Positions 1 through 13,944 of a stretch of DNA of 64,000 nucleotides are shown piece by piece. The stretch spans positions 74,400,001 to 74,464,000 of the forward strand of contig OX597817.1 in assembly GCA_951406725.2 (NCBI GenBank). Direction: 5' to 3'. The notes beneath the pieces were generated by a model that saw only the letters and a list, made by a program, of their open reading frames with translations, was not told the DNA's origin and searched no databases. The DNA is from Octopus vulgaris. Lineage: Eukaryota. Both the position numbers and the translations under genes were made by a program. How positions within the stretch are numbered: the stretch's first letter is position 1; each line of letters starts with the position of its first letter.

Positions 1-121
1 GTCGGCCCGGGGCCATAGCAGAAGACACTTGCCCAAAATGCCACGCAGTGGGACTGAACCCGGAACCATGTGGTTGGTTAGCAAGCTACTTACCACACAG
101 CCACTCCTGCGCCTATATATA

Positions 122-926
122 TCTCTCTATATATAAACGGCAGTTTGTCTGTTTGTGTGTCTGTGTGTCTGTCAGGTTGTACCCTCACCCTGACCACGGC
201 TTTCAACCGACTCTGATGAAACTTGACACACACATAGCCCAATGTCATAATTCAAAACTAACGCAGCGAAAATTTTGAAAAGTTCCCCCAGTTCTGAAAA
301 AAATCGATAAATTCGACATGGGTCGAGAATCTAAGCTTTTTATATGCAACACATTTTCTACAGACTGTCTAGGGGGTGCAACTCGACCTTTTTAACTCTC
401 GGAACACGTGGGGTAAGTATCCCAAAATGTATAACAATGTACAAAAACAGCAAAAAAGCGGGCAGCAATGTGAGTGACAACAACGAAAAAGTCAAAAGTG
501 ACCAAACTGAACAAACGAATGGAAAAGGTTTTTGGTGCACACGACAAAAGCGGTTTATAATAAACCAAGAGTTTGCAAGTAGCGTCCGAGGACCCTTAGG
601 GTACGTCAAAAATTTAAGGTAAAACGTTTGGGGTGGTAGTTATAAAGAAAGTTTAAACAAAAAAAGTATTCGAATAACTTGCGGCTGCAGCAGCTATTAG
701 CAGAAGTAGTGGTGTTGGGGGTGAAGTCTCGAATGTAATTTCTTCCTGGTAGGAATTGGTTGGGTTGAATTATCGATAGCTGTTTGATAGTTATTTGGGA
801 GTGAAGAGAAGACATTGCAACCTACACATGCGCCTTCGTTCCCAAGAGGGAAAGGACTACATTGGGATTAGTCGTTGCCTACTAGGGGCTCTTACATACC
901 CGGGCTACGCCGGGCTATGCTGCTAG
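122..926 (+). mobile_element. Non-autonomous Helitron
   Basis: 5' TC, 3' hairpin cccgg-gctacg-ccggg followed shortly by CTAG, inserted between A and T. Confidence 0.75.
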
Positions 927-943
927 TATACATATATATATAA

Positions 944-1007
<64 letters not shown>

Positions 1008-1117
1008 ATATATATGTATGTATATACATGTGTATACACACACACACGCACACACCTACTCACATACACACACACCTACTTACACACACACACACACCTA
1101 CTCACACACACACTCGC

Positions 1118-1166
<49 letters not shown>

Positions 1167-1496
1167 CATGTATGTGTATTTATGTGTGTTTATGTATGTA
1201 TGTATGTATGTATGTATGTATGTATGTATGTATGTATGTTCATGTTTATGTATATATGTATGTGGGTGTAAACACTCAGACACGAAGTTCGTCAATACAG
1301 AATAAAAGAATGATTGATCATTGTAAAAGCTAAAAAAGGTTTCTTTTTCTGGTAAAAATAAGAAAATATTTTGTTAAATCAAGTGTTGAATTATGTGTCA
1401 ATCAAATGTATGGAGAGGAAAAGAGAAAAGAAAAATATTTTATGGAAAGAAAGAAACAAAGAAACAAAGAAACAAAGAAAGAAAGAAACAAAGAAA

Positions 1497-1528
<32 letters not shown>

Positions 1529-1904
1529 CAAAGAAACAAAGAAACAAAGAAACAAAGAAAGATGAAAGAGAATTGACGCAAGATAAAAATTATTCATTTT
1601 TAGTTAATGGAAACCTAGTATGAATTAAAATGAAAGTGTCGAAAACAAAGCTCTTTGTGCATGTGTATGTATGCGTATGTGTGTTCATGTGCGTGTGCCT
1701 ACGTGTGTGTATGCGTGTAAGTGTATATGTGTGTGTATGTACGGACTTATATTTATGTGAGTATGTAAGGAGTTGAAAAGTTACTAATTATATAAATAAT
1801 TTTTAAAAACAAAGCAGATTAACCTAAGCTTAGTGAAAGGAAGAGTTTGTGTAAGCGTTTTTCCCTGTTCTCAGTTTTGTTTATTAACTTCATTTTAAGA
1901 AACG

Positions 1905-3320
1905 GTAGTCCCATGCAAAAATGAAAGAAAACATTAGTGATTCAAAGCTAGAGCAGCTGATTCTAAAGAATTAATTTATCACAACGAAATAAACTTTTAG
2001 CATATGGATTTTAAATTCACACAAACACTAAAATCTGACACAAGAGATCGTGTGGAAGCCTGTAGAAAACCTTATCTATGGGAATTTTCCCAAAAGAAAG
2101 GACTGCATAGATCCATCACTTGTAAAAAAAAATGGAATTTAAACATCCGATGAACAGGAATAATCACATATAAGAATATATAACATGTCTGAAAAATCAT
2201 CAAATTCAAATTGTATAAAATAAAACATTAGAAAACAGCAAAATCCATTGTCTACAGAAAGCTTTCTCTATAACCATTAAAGGTTATAGAGAAGGTTAAC
2301 AAAGGTGAGGTCGTTACAATTATGGACAAGACCCATTACAGGAAATCTCTTAAAACAACTAAAGGAACAACATTTCTACAAAATAAATTCGAATCTAATG
2401 CAAATAGACAATGAACAAAACTGATAAATTAATGGACACATTGAAAAACAATTTAACGGCAAATGAATTGGTTCACTTAACTAATTTTGAGGTAAAACAA
2501 AGCAACAATTTATGGACTACCGAAAATTCATAAATCTGAGGAAATCCATAGCAGCTTAAAGGACCTCCATACATTATAGATAAAAATTCCTAAATTGTCT
2601 GACTTAAAATTAGGCCCAGTTCTTGTATGACCAAAATCAAACCAATGATTAAAGCAATATGCTGGACATCAGATTAAAACTACTAGGGAAACTGATTCCT
2701 AACTTCATCCGAGAGAACAGAGATTTCTTGGACCACGTTCCAGAAACTATGAAAATAGAGACGATACTGGTTAGTTTCCTTCTGACCAGCTTCTGCACAA
2801 ATATCCCCTATGGATTAGGATTGGAAGTTGTGGGATTCTAGATAGACAAATACCTGAGAATAATTCAGGAGAGGTTTTTAAAAACAATTCATACTTGAAA
2901 GATTACAATTGGTGTTAGAAAAATACTTCTTTTTTGGTAAAAGGATGGAATGGGTCTGAAAGTTGCACCCATGTTTGCAACACTGTTCATGAGATTCCCA
3001 GAAGAAAAAATCTATGCTTGATATGCAATTACTTTTGATAAGCTTTTCTAATCCTACTGAAAAGGAAACTGAAAAAGATTCCTGGATGACTGTTATGACT
3101 GTTATACATCAATAAAATTCGGGAAGTGGTCCAATTTCGAATGAATGAAAGGAAACATCTATTTCTGGGCATTTTGATAATTAAAGAAAATGAGACTTTT
3201 ACATCCGTTCTGTACTGCAACTACTCGGTCACACACCAAAACTTAGACTTTATATATTGCTAATCATTTCATTTTAAGAGAAATAGTCCACTTAATATAA
3301 CAAGACAGACGTATATGTAC
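1905..3320 (+). mobile_element. Decayed Penelope-like element, RT region
   Basis: Broken frames give NKGEVVTIMDK, YGLPKIHKS, FCTNIPYGLG, GMGLKVAPMFATL, typical of PLE reverse transcriptases. Confidence 0.7.
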
Positions 3321-4218
3321 AACGGTTACAAATTCAAGTAGATATTTCAAGTATGTACTCACATCCCATGTGCTATGTAGTTACTGGTTTCAAATTCTGG
3401 CACAAAATTTCAGTGCAGGAAGCTCGTCGATTACATCGACCCCAGTGATCAACTAGTACTTATTTTATCGACCCCGAAAGAATGAAATACAAAGTTAGCA
3501 TCGGTGGAATTTGAACTCAGAACGTTAAGACGAACGAAACGCTGCAAAGTATTTTGCCCGGTGTGCTAACAATTCTGACAGCACACCGCCTTCATGTGCA
3601 ATGTAATTATTATTTAGTTATCTAACCAACAAGGTTAGAGAAGAGACATTTTCTGTTGGTTTGTAGAAAATATATTCAAAATAGTATATATTTGGATATA
3701 TCTATAAATGATATATTATAATATTATTAATACATTTTCACACCTTTCACCACATAAGTATGTATGTGTACGTGTGCATGTGCATCCCTTATGTGTATAT
3801 TTATATGTATGTGTGTATGTGTAGATGTATGTCATTTTATGCTTTTTCTTGTGCTTCACTCGAATAACAAGATATGAAGTTGTGGACGTCACTATCTTTC
3901 AGTTTTCTACTTTTCTTTAAAAGCATTTGAAACAACGACTGACCAATACGTTACGTTTCTAACAATACCATAGTAAAGAAAGGACTAAGCAAATAATAGA
4001 AAAAAGTAACCTTTTTGTTCTCTTGTCTTTTCGCGTCTGAGTATGTTTTCATACAAGGATTTTCTATCAAGAACAAGTTGATTCTACGTATACACATAAA
4101 TACACACACGCGTATATGTGAGTGTGTGTCTATGTATGTAAGTATATATATATATATGTGCGTGTGTGCGCGCGCGCGTATATGTGTGTGTGTGCGTGCG
4201 TACGTGTGTGTATGTATG

Positions 4219-4280
<62 letters not shown>

Positions 4281-4372
4281 AATATATATATACATGTGTA
4301 CGTATACATTTATGTGTGTGCCCGCGCGCGCATGTATGTATTTAGATAGATAGACTGACAGGCTAACATGCA

Positions 4373-4407
<35 letters not shown>

Positions 4408-4691
4408 GTGCGCACTGCATTTCATTTCTGGAAAATTAAAGAAAATAAAGCGGCACCTTCATTTCGTTTCAGTTCCAGTTTCATTCTTTATATCATCAAT
4501 TTAAACAGTACCTTCCCATGCGCACAAACATTTATTTCGCTTTTCTACGATTACTTCCATTGGAATATAAAGCTTTCTGTTGAACTTTTTATTGAAGTTT
4601 GAACCCTGCCAATGTTTGTTTGATTGCTTTCTATTTTTTTATTAACAGTTAAAATGTTTTATGATGTTTGATATATTTTTCATTGAGACCC

Positions 4692-4890
4692 TTACTCTTT
4701 TACACTTTTACTCTTTGTTTCAGTCATTTGACTGTGGCCATGCCGGAGCACCGCATTTAGTCGAGCAAATCGACACCCAGAACTTATTCTTTGTAAGCCT
4801 AGTACTTATTCTATCGGTCTCTTTTGCCGAACCGCTAAGTTACGGGAACGTAAACACACCAGCATCGGTTGTCAAGCGATGTTGCGGGGA

Positions 4891-4936
<46 letters not shown>

Positions 4937-5098
4937 TTTATATACATACATATATACGACGGGCTTCTTCCAGTTTCCGTCTACCAAATCCACTCACAAA
5001 GCTTTAGTCGGTAGTAGAAGACACTTGCCCAAGATGCCACGCAGTGGGACTGAACCCAGAACCATGTGGTTAGTAAGCAAGCTACTTACTACATAGCC
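4692..5098 (-). mobile_element. tRNA-derived SINE family A (CORE-like), with internal microsatellite
   Basis: Reverse complement of the copy at 6512. Confidence 0.85.
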
Positions 5099-5898
5099 GT
5101 GATTTTTTTTGTGTGTGGGGGATGTTTCTTGTCTCATTTACTATTTATGAATTCATTTATCCATTCATCAATCTATTTAACCATTCATCTGCATATTCAT
5201 CAGTTGCGAAGTTTGTGACTTGCAATTGAAAATATGTCTTTTGGACTGCATGAAGAAGTATCTGAACAACATCCGCGAACATTTAACAGAAGAATTTATT
5301 ATTTCACATAAGTACAAACTGCGTTGGCCTTTTACAGTTAATAACAATAATTACATGCGGAAAGAGAGAGATACTGCTCTGAGGTTACAGCAAGCTATAA
5401 GTACGGAAACATGTAGCTTGTCCAACATATTTGAAAACAATAAAGCAAGCTATCTTCGTGATGACAGAGGTTCATGGTCATCTATCAGCTCATTCTGTCT
5501 TAGCCGTCTGCCTGGATCGTCTGGCTGCAAAAATGCGAGCCGAACGGTTTGAGATGTTTGGTGTAACAAGAATGGATACACGTGTCGCTCAGCTGCCTCA
5601 ACATTCTACAATTAATTCCCACCAAAAGCGGCCTTTTATAGGGTACAAAAAGAAGATTCTAGAAGATTAAATTATATGACAGATTCACGCTGATTAATTG
5701 GCCGATCATGTAAAGCTATTGTGATTCGGTCGTGATGCGGACCGCGTAACTAGAGATTCCGCTTTAGGTCACCGCTACATGCTTATGTGTGTGTAGTTGT
5801 ATTACTCTCCCCAAACCCATTCCTCTCTCTGTCATCCTCTCTCTCTCCCTCTGTTTCTCTGTATTTGTGTGTATATACAAATACTCACATACATACAG

Positions 5899-5954
<56 letters not shown>

Positions 5955-6511
5955 ATGTGAGTGTGCATATATATATATACATATATATATATTTACACAT
6001 ACATACCTCTGTGTGTGTGAGAGAGAGAAATAGAATGCAAGATAGACATATAGATACATACACACATACAAACATACCTACATAGATACGTACGAATGCA
6101 CATTTATATCTATCTATCTACATATCCTTTCATATTATGCTATTATATTACATTATATCATATTACGTTACATCATATTATAGCATATTATATTATATTG
6201 CATTTAAATCCGGCGTTCATGATTTTATCAGTTAAAACTCTATGCCCGTCATCCTTTGTGATCTACTGCAAAGCGTGCGAACATTACACCCTTCATATCA
6301 TCATCAGTTTATTCCGATATTGAAGCCAAGTTCTTGAAAACTTAATGGACCACTATTGTTTCAAACTAAATTCAGCGACTAATATGGAAACATGAAAAAT
6401 TCGTTACTACAATATTAAAATTAAACACAATAGCGTTTTTAAGTTTGAAAAGAAAAATTCTTTTACTGATTTAAAACTAGGAGTTATTACAACACATCAT
6501 AATACAGTAAA

Positions 6512-6676
6512 CAGGAGTGGCTGTGTGGCATGTAGCTTGCTTACCAACCACATGATTCCGGGTTCAGTCCCACTGTGCGGCACCTTGGGCAAGTGTCTTC
6601 TTCTATAGCCTCGGACCGACCAAAGCTTTGTGAGTGGATTTGGTAGACGGAAACTGAAGGAAGCCCGTCGTATATA

Positions 6677-6719
<43 letters not shown>

Positions 6720-6945
6720 GTGTGTGTGTATGTTTGTGTGTCTGTGTTTGTCCCTCAACATCGCTTGACAACCGATGCTGGTGTGTTTACGTCCCCGTAA
6801 CTTAGCGCTTCGGCAAAAAAGACCGATAGAATAAGTACTAGGCTTACAAAGAATAAGTCCTAGGGGCGATTTGCTTGACTAAAGGCGGTGGTCCAGCATG
6901 GCCACAGTCAAATGACTGAAACAAGTAAAAGAGTAAAATAAAAGT
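6512..6945 (+). mobile_element. tRNA-derived SINE family A; other copies at ~1-113(-), 29960-30370, 30371-30532, 41556-41750, 47760-47893(-), 52794-53190, 57250-57645
   Basis: A/B-box-like head tggctgtgtgg...ggttcagtccc, CORE-like ccttgggcaagtg, internal (TA)/(TG) tract, stem-loop and taaaagag tail. Confidence 0.88.
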
Positions 6946-7268
6946 AGATAGACATTCATATAAATTCAATTCTTTGAGAAATTTTTAAACTTTAAATAAG
7001 TAAATCGTATGTAAAATCAATATTAACAGATATCTTCACACATGAAAAGACCATGCCATCGAACAATACAAGAATAAATTAACTTATATACATATAAATT
7101 GACAACGAGGTTTATTCTAGTAGATATCGTCGGCGGCGGCGGCATGCGCACGTGTTCGAGTTTGGTTCATCTGGTGCCTACGTAATGCTCAAACCTGACA
7201 TGGCTCAGAAGGCCATATCGGGGATGAAACAGTCTCAAGCATTGATCGCATAGCAGGGTGGGAGGCAG

Positions 7269-7749
7269 AATTTTTTCCTACGAGAGTTCCCGACCCCAGT
7301 AATGAGCTCATTTGCATACAACCAATCAGAGCTCACGTTGATCTTGTCAAGTTAGCAAACACACTCTACCAAGTAAACTCAAGACGAAGAACGGTGTTAT
7401 AAGTCGACCAATTGCCAAATTATGACTGATTTTAGGAGACAAGTAATTAGATAGGTTTGCATCTGTATCTATTATCGGATTTTGTTAGGGTTCCATATGA
7501 CAAAAATGTGGATGAGAAAAATGTGGGTAGAGGGTGATATGCTAGCAACCCTCTCCTCTTACTGTTTTACAAAGTAAGAACACAAGCATTATTAAAAGTG
7601 AGAAGTAGAATGGTCATTACCCAAGTGACCTTATCTAATCGCCTATCACTGGTTATGCGCTCATAAATTAGCTTGATAGTTGAGCTCTGATTGGCTGTAT
7701 GCAAATGAGTTCATAACTGGGGTCCGAAACTCTCGTGGGGAAAAAAATT
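7269..7749. mobile_element. MITE-like element with ~65-bp terminal inverted repeats
   Basis: ttttttcctacgagagtt...atttgcatacaaccaatcagagctca is mirrored by tgagctctgattggctgtatgcaaat...aactctcgtggggaaaaaaa. Confidence 0.7.
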
Positions 7750-7965
7750 TCGCGTGCGGGAGGTGGTCTTGGCTGAAGTTGCTGAACATTGTGTTGCCTT
7801 TTTACTTCTTCAGTCTTCCTCCTTTCTTCAAAAGCAACAGCCGAAATGAACTACTCTCCGCAGGATGGACAATAGGCGGCTTTGGTTTCCCAAGTGTCAG
7901 GGCTGACGCCGATTTGAAGGAGGGAAGACTTCAGTTGGACTTTGAATCTGCGAGCAAAGACTTCA

Positions 7966-8847
7966 CGGATCTTTTCCTTTTGAACGGCATATGTCAACAC
8001 AATTTCTAGTTAACTAAACACTTTTAAACTTCGTATACTGGTAGAATATGTTTATAAAACATCATTTTTTTCCTTGGCTTTATTGAGAAAATTCTATATG
8101 TTGTAACATATTTCGTCTGAAAATCCGAGCATTTCGGCAATTTTAACCAATCAAATACGTCCATTTGGAGTTAAAACATACCGTGCTGTATGAATATGTC
8201 CTCGTTTAAGAAACAGATTGGGTTTATTAACATTTGCGAAGAAAAAAAGATACCCTTCCCCTAACCCTAACCCTAACCCTAACCCCACCTCTAACCCTAA
8301 CCCTAACTCTAACTAAACCTAACCCTAAAATAGATTGAAATGCAATAGATCGATACTGGGTTATAATTATGGGTGACATTTTCATTTGATACCGCTAGAA
8401 AAAAATCCCATTTTCCGTAGCGGTGTCGTATGAAATTGTCACCCATAATTATGACCCCAGTATCGATCTATTGCATTTCAATCTATTTTAGGATTAGGGT
8501 TAGGGTTAGGGGTGGGGTTAGGGTTATGGTTAGGGTTAGGGTTAGGGTTAGGGTGGGGGAGGGTATCTTTTTTTCTTCGCAAATGTAAATAAACCCAATC
8601 TGTTTCTTAAACGAGGACATATTCATACAGCACGGTATGTTTTGACTCTAAATGGACGTATTTGATTGGTTAAAAGTGCCGAAATGCTCGATTTTAAAGT
8701 GGAAATATGTTACAACATATAGAATTTTCTCAATAAAGCCAAGAAAAATGATGTTTTATAAACACATTCTACCAGTATACGAAGTTTAAAAGTGTTTAGT
8801 TAACTAGAAATTGTGTTGACATCTGCCGTTCAAAAGGAAAAGATCCG
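7966..8847. mobile_element. Foldback element with (CCCTAA)n/(TTAGGG)n in its arms and a 6-bp TSD
   Basis: ~440-bp arms are reverse complements about a centre near 8408; termini CGGATCTTTTCC...GGAAAAGATCCG; ACTTCA on both flanks. Confidence 0.85.
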
Positions 8848-10092
8848 ACTTCACTTGGTCTTAGGAGAGAAGACTTCAGTTGGTAGATATACATATATGC
8901 GTATATGCGTACGCACATACATGCATATATACATTACATGGATATATACATATATACATAAATACCTTGCGATATTTTTCTGGTACTTTAGTTTCTGAGT
9001 TGAAATCCTGCGGAGATCAACGTTATCTTTCATCCCCCTGGGGTCGCTAAAACAAAGTGCCAGGCAAGCACACGCGGTCGATGTAATAGACTGATAGCCC
9101 TTCCCCAAAAAACTGCATTGTCTTCGTGGCATTAAAAAAAATACTTTTTATGTGTTTACCAGGATTTAAAAATCTCATTAAATCATACACTATACGCCAC
9201 TTGATATATTATCTGAAAGATTACAAAAAAATTTATCAAGCACCTAACTTGCAACCATTGTACAGCTATCAAGGCAGATAATTAATCATTACTCTTTGTC
9301 AATCCACAATGCCACATACTCTATTACACAGAGCAAAGATATGACTGATTCAAAGATAAAAGAATTGGGGAAGTGAAACACATGTAAGTTAAGGAGGAAG
9401 ATGAGAAAAATAGATAAATGAATTGATGAAATAAATACAGAGGAATTACATACAAGTAATGAAGGAGATATGAGAGAAAAATTATGAGTGCAAAGTTCAT
9501 TTTTAAAAAAAGGCCCGATAAGAATGGTAGATTTTTATTTTAATAAAATTATTAATTGATATATATCTTTGTCTATTTGTGGGTTTACCTATTTTCCATT
9601 TTCCTTTCTCTCCATTTACTTTTTCATCTTAACATCTGATTCGATAGCCAGCAGAAGACGTCTTGACTAATTATTTCTAAAAGTCGATACTTTTCTGTGA
9701 TATCTCCTGCAACTTCTTAACACAATATTTTTACTTATTAATTATTTTGGCAAATCAGTTAGTGAATTTTAATGATCAGAAGCATCCATCGTCAAGTGAT
9801 CAATCAGTGTTATTAATATACATACGTATGTATAAAAGAAAAAAGTAAATTTCCTTCCCAAATCATAAAGTCTCATAGGGCCGGTTTCCCGGTTTCCTTG
9901 GCATATATATTCACCACCTGGATAGGGCGCCGGGTCCATCGCAGAATTACTCATTTTTTACTAGCTGAGTGGGCTGGAGCAATGTGAAATGAAGTGTTTT
10001 GCTCAAGAACACAACACCTCGCCCGGCCGGTTCAGGAATCGAAACCACAATCTTACGATCGTAAGTCCAACACCCTAACACTAAGTTACGGG

Positions 10093-10129
<37 letters not shown>

Positions 10130-10159
10130 TTAATCGAGCTGCCCATGAAAAGGAAAAGA

Positions 10160-10400
10160 TCCCTAGAAAGAACCAAATAAGCATATTTAAGGAATATAAC
10201 CTGGAAACTGTCGTCAGTACCAAATTAACTTACCAGATATTACCTTTGACCTGACTATAGGGAACAAGCATCCCTTCAGACAACTAAACAATATTGCAAA
10301 AAATTTAGCCAATGAAATAGCTGAGTAAATATCTTAACTATCCTCTGATAGTATGATTTTCCACCAGGCTATCCTCTATTACAATCTAAAAACTACGAAG
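10160..10400 (+). mobile_element. Penelope-like remnant (RT C-terminal region)
   Basis: Fragments IFKEYNLETVV, DITFDLT, LSSDSMIFHQAILYYN resemble PLE proteins. Confidence 0.5.
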
Positions 10401-11689
10401 AAGCAACTTTAATAAGAAAGTAATTTATAAGATTACTTATCTAAGATATGCATTTCGAACGACCTATGTCACTTACTAAAAATTATGCACCCACTTTTGC
10501 ATTATTTTTGGTACAACATACGAGGTTGTGACTATTGTGACTATTTCGCACTTACTTTACTTGGAAATCAATCTTTACTTTCAATTTCCTCCGTGTCGTG
10601 TTTTCATTTGACTATCCTTTCACATTCTTCTGACCCTAGCTGTAGGGTTATATCCTAGTTTCGTTCCACATATAATTCCATTCACATCACAAAAAATATA
10701 AACTGACCCCGGTATTTGACTGGTTCTCTTTTTTTTATTGGCCTTGAAAGAATGAAAGTTAAGACTTACATAAACAGAATTTGGACTAGAAAAATGTTAC
10801 AGAGTTTTAAAGTTTGGTATTTTTTTTAACTCAATCAGAAATCAGGTCTTGTGCGTAATTGCTGTGATAAAATGAGAGTAAATATCAGAAGACGAGGTTT
10901 TAAAGAAAATGAAAGCAATACGTTAGAGATAATACAAATATAGAGAGATAGGGGGAGAGTGTATGTGTTTGTGTGTATGAGAGAGTGTGTAGGAGAGAAA
11001 GAGAGTGGTGACTAACAGAGAGAGATAGGCTGATGATGATAGATAGAGAATGGGAGAGATATTAATCTAAAAGTTTAATTATATCTCATAGAAAATTCTA
11101 TTTTTCATTATAATTTAGGGACGGCCTTTTCTTTGGAACTCAGATCTCGAAAATCAAATTCGTTTTTCTCGAGGACCACTTTTTCTTAGCCTTTCGGAGC
11201 TGAACACACATACATAACTACATAAACTCGTATTTATATAATAGAATATCTTATAATAATTCTGCTTGTCATTCCGTTACTTAGCCCGTCGGTAACGCTT
11301 TCACGTGATTAGAAAAGAAGCGGAAGAAAGAAAAGAGGGAGACATAAAAGACGGAGAGAGAAGAGAGTGACGGAAGAGTGAAGGAGAGTGAAGCGTCCAT
11401 GCAGAGGGAACGTAATCGTATTGCTTTCACGTGATTAGTTGAAGGGAAAGGAAGTACAAGAGGGAGAAAGAAAAAGAACAGAGAAAATAGGATAAGGCGA
11501 ACAGTGAGGCAGAAAACGGGAGAAATAAAAAGGAGAGGGTGTGAGAGAAAAGAGGAGAGAAGCGTCCATGACGTGAGGAGGGAAATGTAATATTTATTAC
11601 GTGATTTAAAAGTTTGTTGAAGGTAATGATATAGAGAGAGGCATAGGAATGATATTCTGGTGGTGAGGTTAAAAGCAGAGAGGAGGCAG

Positions 11690-11815
11690 AGGTGGTGGTG
11701 GTGGTGGTGGTGGTGGTGGTGGTGGTGGTGGTGGTGGCGGCGGCGGCGGCGGCGGGGCGGTGGTGGTGGCGGTGGTGGTGGTGGCGGTGGTGGTGGTGGT
11801 GGTGGTGGTGGTGGT

Positions 11816-11847
<32 letters not shown>

Positions 11848-11882
11848 TGGTGGTGGCGGTGGCGGTGGCGGTGGCGGTGGTA
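11690..11882 (+). repeat. (GGT/GGC)n trinucleotide microsatellite
   Basis: Seen directly. Confidence 0.95.
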
Positions 11883-12159
11883 GATGATCGTGCATTCAAA
11901 TATTTAGAAATAGATGTAACTAGTACGATGTGACATCCAGAAATGAAAGAAGAAACCAAAGCTCTTCCAGATCTTGTGCCAAAATTAGGAAGTATTATTA
12001 TTCACTATTCTAGGTTCAATTAATTAAATACTAATTATGTTAATTCTTTCTACTGTAGGCATGAGGCCTAAAATGTTGTGGGGAAGGGGGCATACGATTA
12101 CATCGACACCACCAGTGTTCAACTGGTACTTATTTCAACGAGCTTCTATAGGAGGAAGT

Positions 12160-12435
12160 GGTGACACATGGCCTAGTGGTTAGAGCAGCGGACTCGCGGT
12201 CGAGGGATCGCGGGTTCGAATCTCAGACCGGTCGATGTGTGTGTTTATGAACGAAACACCTAAGCTCCACGCGGCTCCAGCAGAAGGTAATGGCGAACTT
12301 CTGCTGACTCTTTCGCCACAACTTTCTCTCACTCTTTCCTCCTGCATCTTGCAGCTCGCCTGTGACGGACCGGCGTCCCGTCCAGGTGGGGAATCTATTT
12401 GCCAAGGAAACCGGGAAACCGAGAAGGAACAAACA
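12160..12435 (+). mobile_element. tRNA-derived SINE family C; other copies at ~40467-40748 and 58533-58830
   Basis: Head atggcctagtggttagagcagcggactcgcggtc...ggttcgaatc and body shared by three copies. Confidence 0.8.
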
Positions 12436-13229
12436 ACTACAGGAGGAAAAGTAATGTCGACCTCGGTGGAATTTGAATTCAGAATGCAGAGCCGGAAAGA
12501 ATATCACTAATTAGTCTATCATACTAACGATTCTGCCAGCTCGCTGCCTTGCTAATTATGTTAATAATGGTTTCAAATTTTGGCACAAGGCTATCGAGTT
12601 CGAGAGGAGTGGCTAAGTCGATTACATCGACGTCGGTGCTCAGCTGGTATTTATTTTATCGCCCCTGAAAAGATGAAAGGCACAGTTGACCTCGGCGGTA
12701 CTTGAACTCAGAACATAACGACGGACGAAATGCCCCTAAGCATTTTGCCTGCCTCGTGTGTTAACGATACTGCCAGCTCGCCGTTTTAATTATGTTAATA
12801 TTGAACAACAATCGACGATATGTTTCGCGATGTTCCACTATAGAAATTGAATATTTAAAGAATCATTACATTCTGGAGAGATAGGGAGATGTTTGACTGC
12901 CAGAGAAAGAAAGGTAGAGAGCGAAAGAAGGGAGACTGTTCATAATGCGTTTTTTTTTTCTTTTTTCTTTTTTGTCTTTTTGTTTAGTTTGTTTTCTGTA
13001 GTTACTTTTTTTTGGCTGTTAATGTTTACATTATAATTAATCGTCTATTATTATCTCTGAACTTTCGCATTTCATGTGAACTTACAGAAATGACACTTGC
13101 GTAATATCAATGTTCAATAACTGTCATATATTTGTTTGTATGTGTATGTAAGTGAAAATATGTACAAATATGGGCACATATATGTATGTAAGTGAAAATA
13201 TGTACAAATATGGGCACATATACACACAT

Positions 13230-13287
<58 letters not shown>

Positions 13288-13361
13288 CATACATACATAC
13301 ATACATACATACATACATACATACATACATACATACATACATACATACATACATACATACA

Positions 13362-13392
<31 letters not shown>

Positions 13393-13557
13393 GGATGTAG
13401 TTTTATACATACGTGGCATATATCAAAACAGGAGAATAGAAATTTTTTTCGTATTATTTAATCACCATTACACATGTTTCATTTGCTAATAGGAGTTACA
13501 AAATGTATACATGCAGGATAAACATGAGAGGTATCTCCGATTAGAAACTCTTCAGAG

Positions 13558-13637
<80 letters not shown>

Positions 13638-13944
13638 GTGTGTGTGTACATATATATATGTGTATGTATGCATTTATGTATGTATGACAGTTTGACTCAG
13701 GTCCATATGATTTGAAATTTCGAGGACGCTTAGGATAGATGGACGTATCCTGCGCGCCCACGAAACTTTCTGCCATGCTGAACCGAGTCAAACTTTTATT
13801 AAAAATATATGTTACTTTCTTCCGTTTATCCACTCATTCGTGTGTGTATACATACATACATACATACATACATACATACATACATACATACATACATACA
13901 TACATACATACATACATACATACATACATACATACATACATACA

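Noticed and set aside
5390-5422. caagc...GAAACATGTA gcttg hammerhead-like half
   Set aside because: Stem I and GAAAC are present but there is no CTGANGA core
8258-8560. Telomere or chromosome fusion site
   Set aside because: Short arrays embedded in a TSD-flanked foldback element
11281-11959. Poly-Pro, poly-Gly and poly-His ORFs
   Set aside because: Produced by the (GGT/GGC)n repeat; no splice or homology support
12160-12235. tRNA-like sequence (also ~40467 and ~58533)
   Set aside because: SINE heads: poor acceptor stem and always attached to the same repeat body
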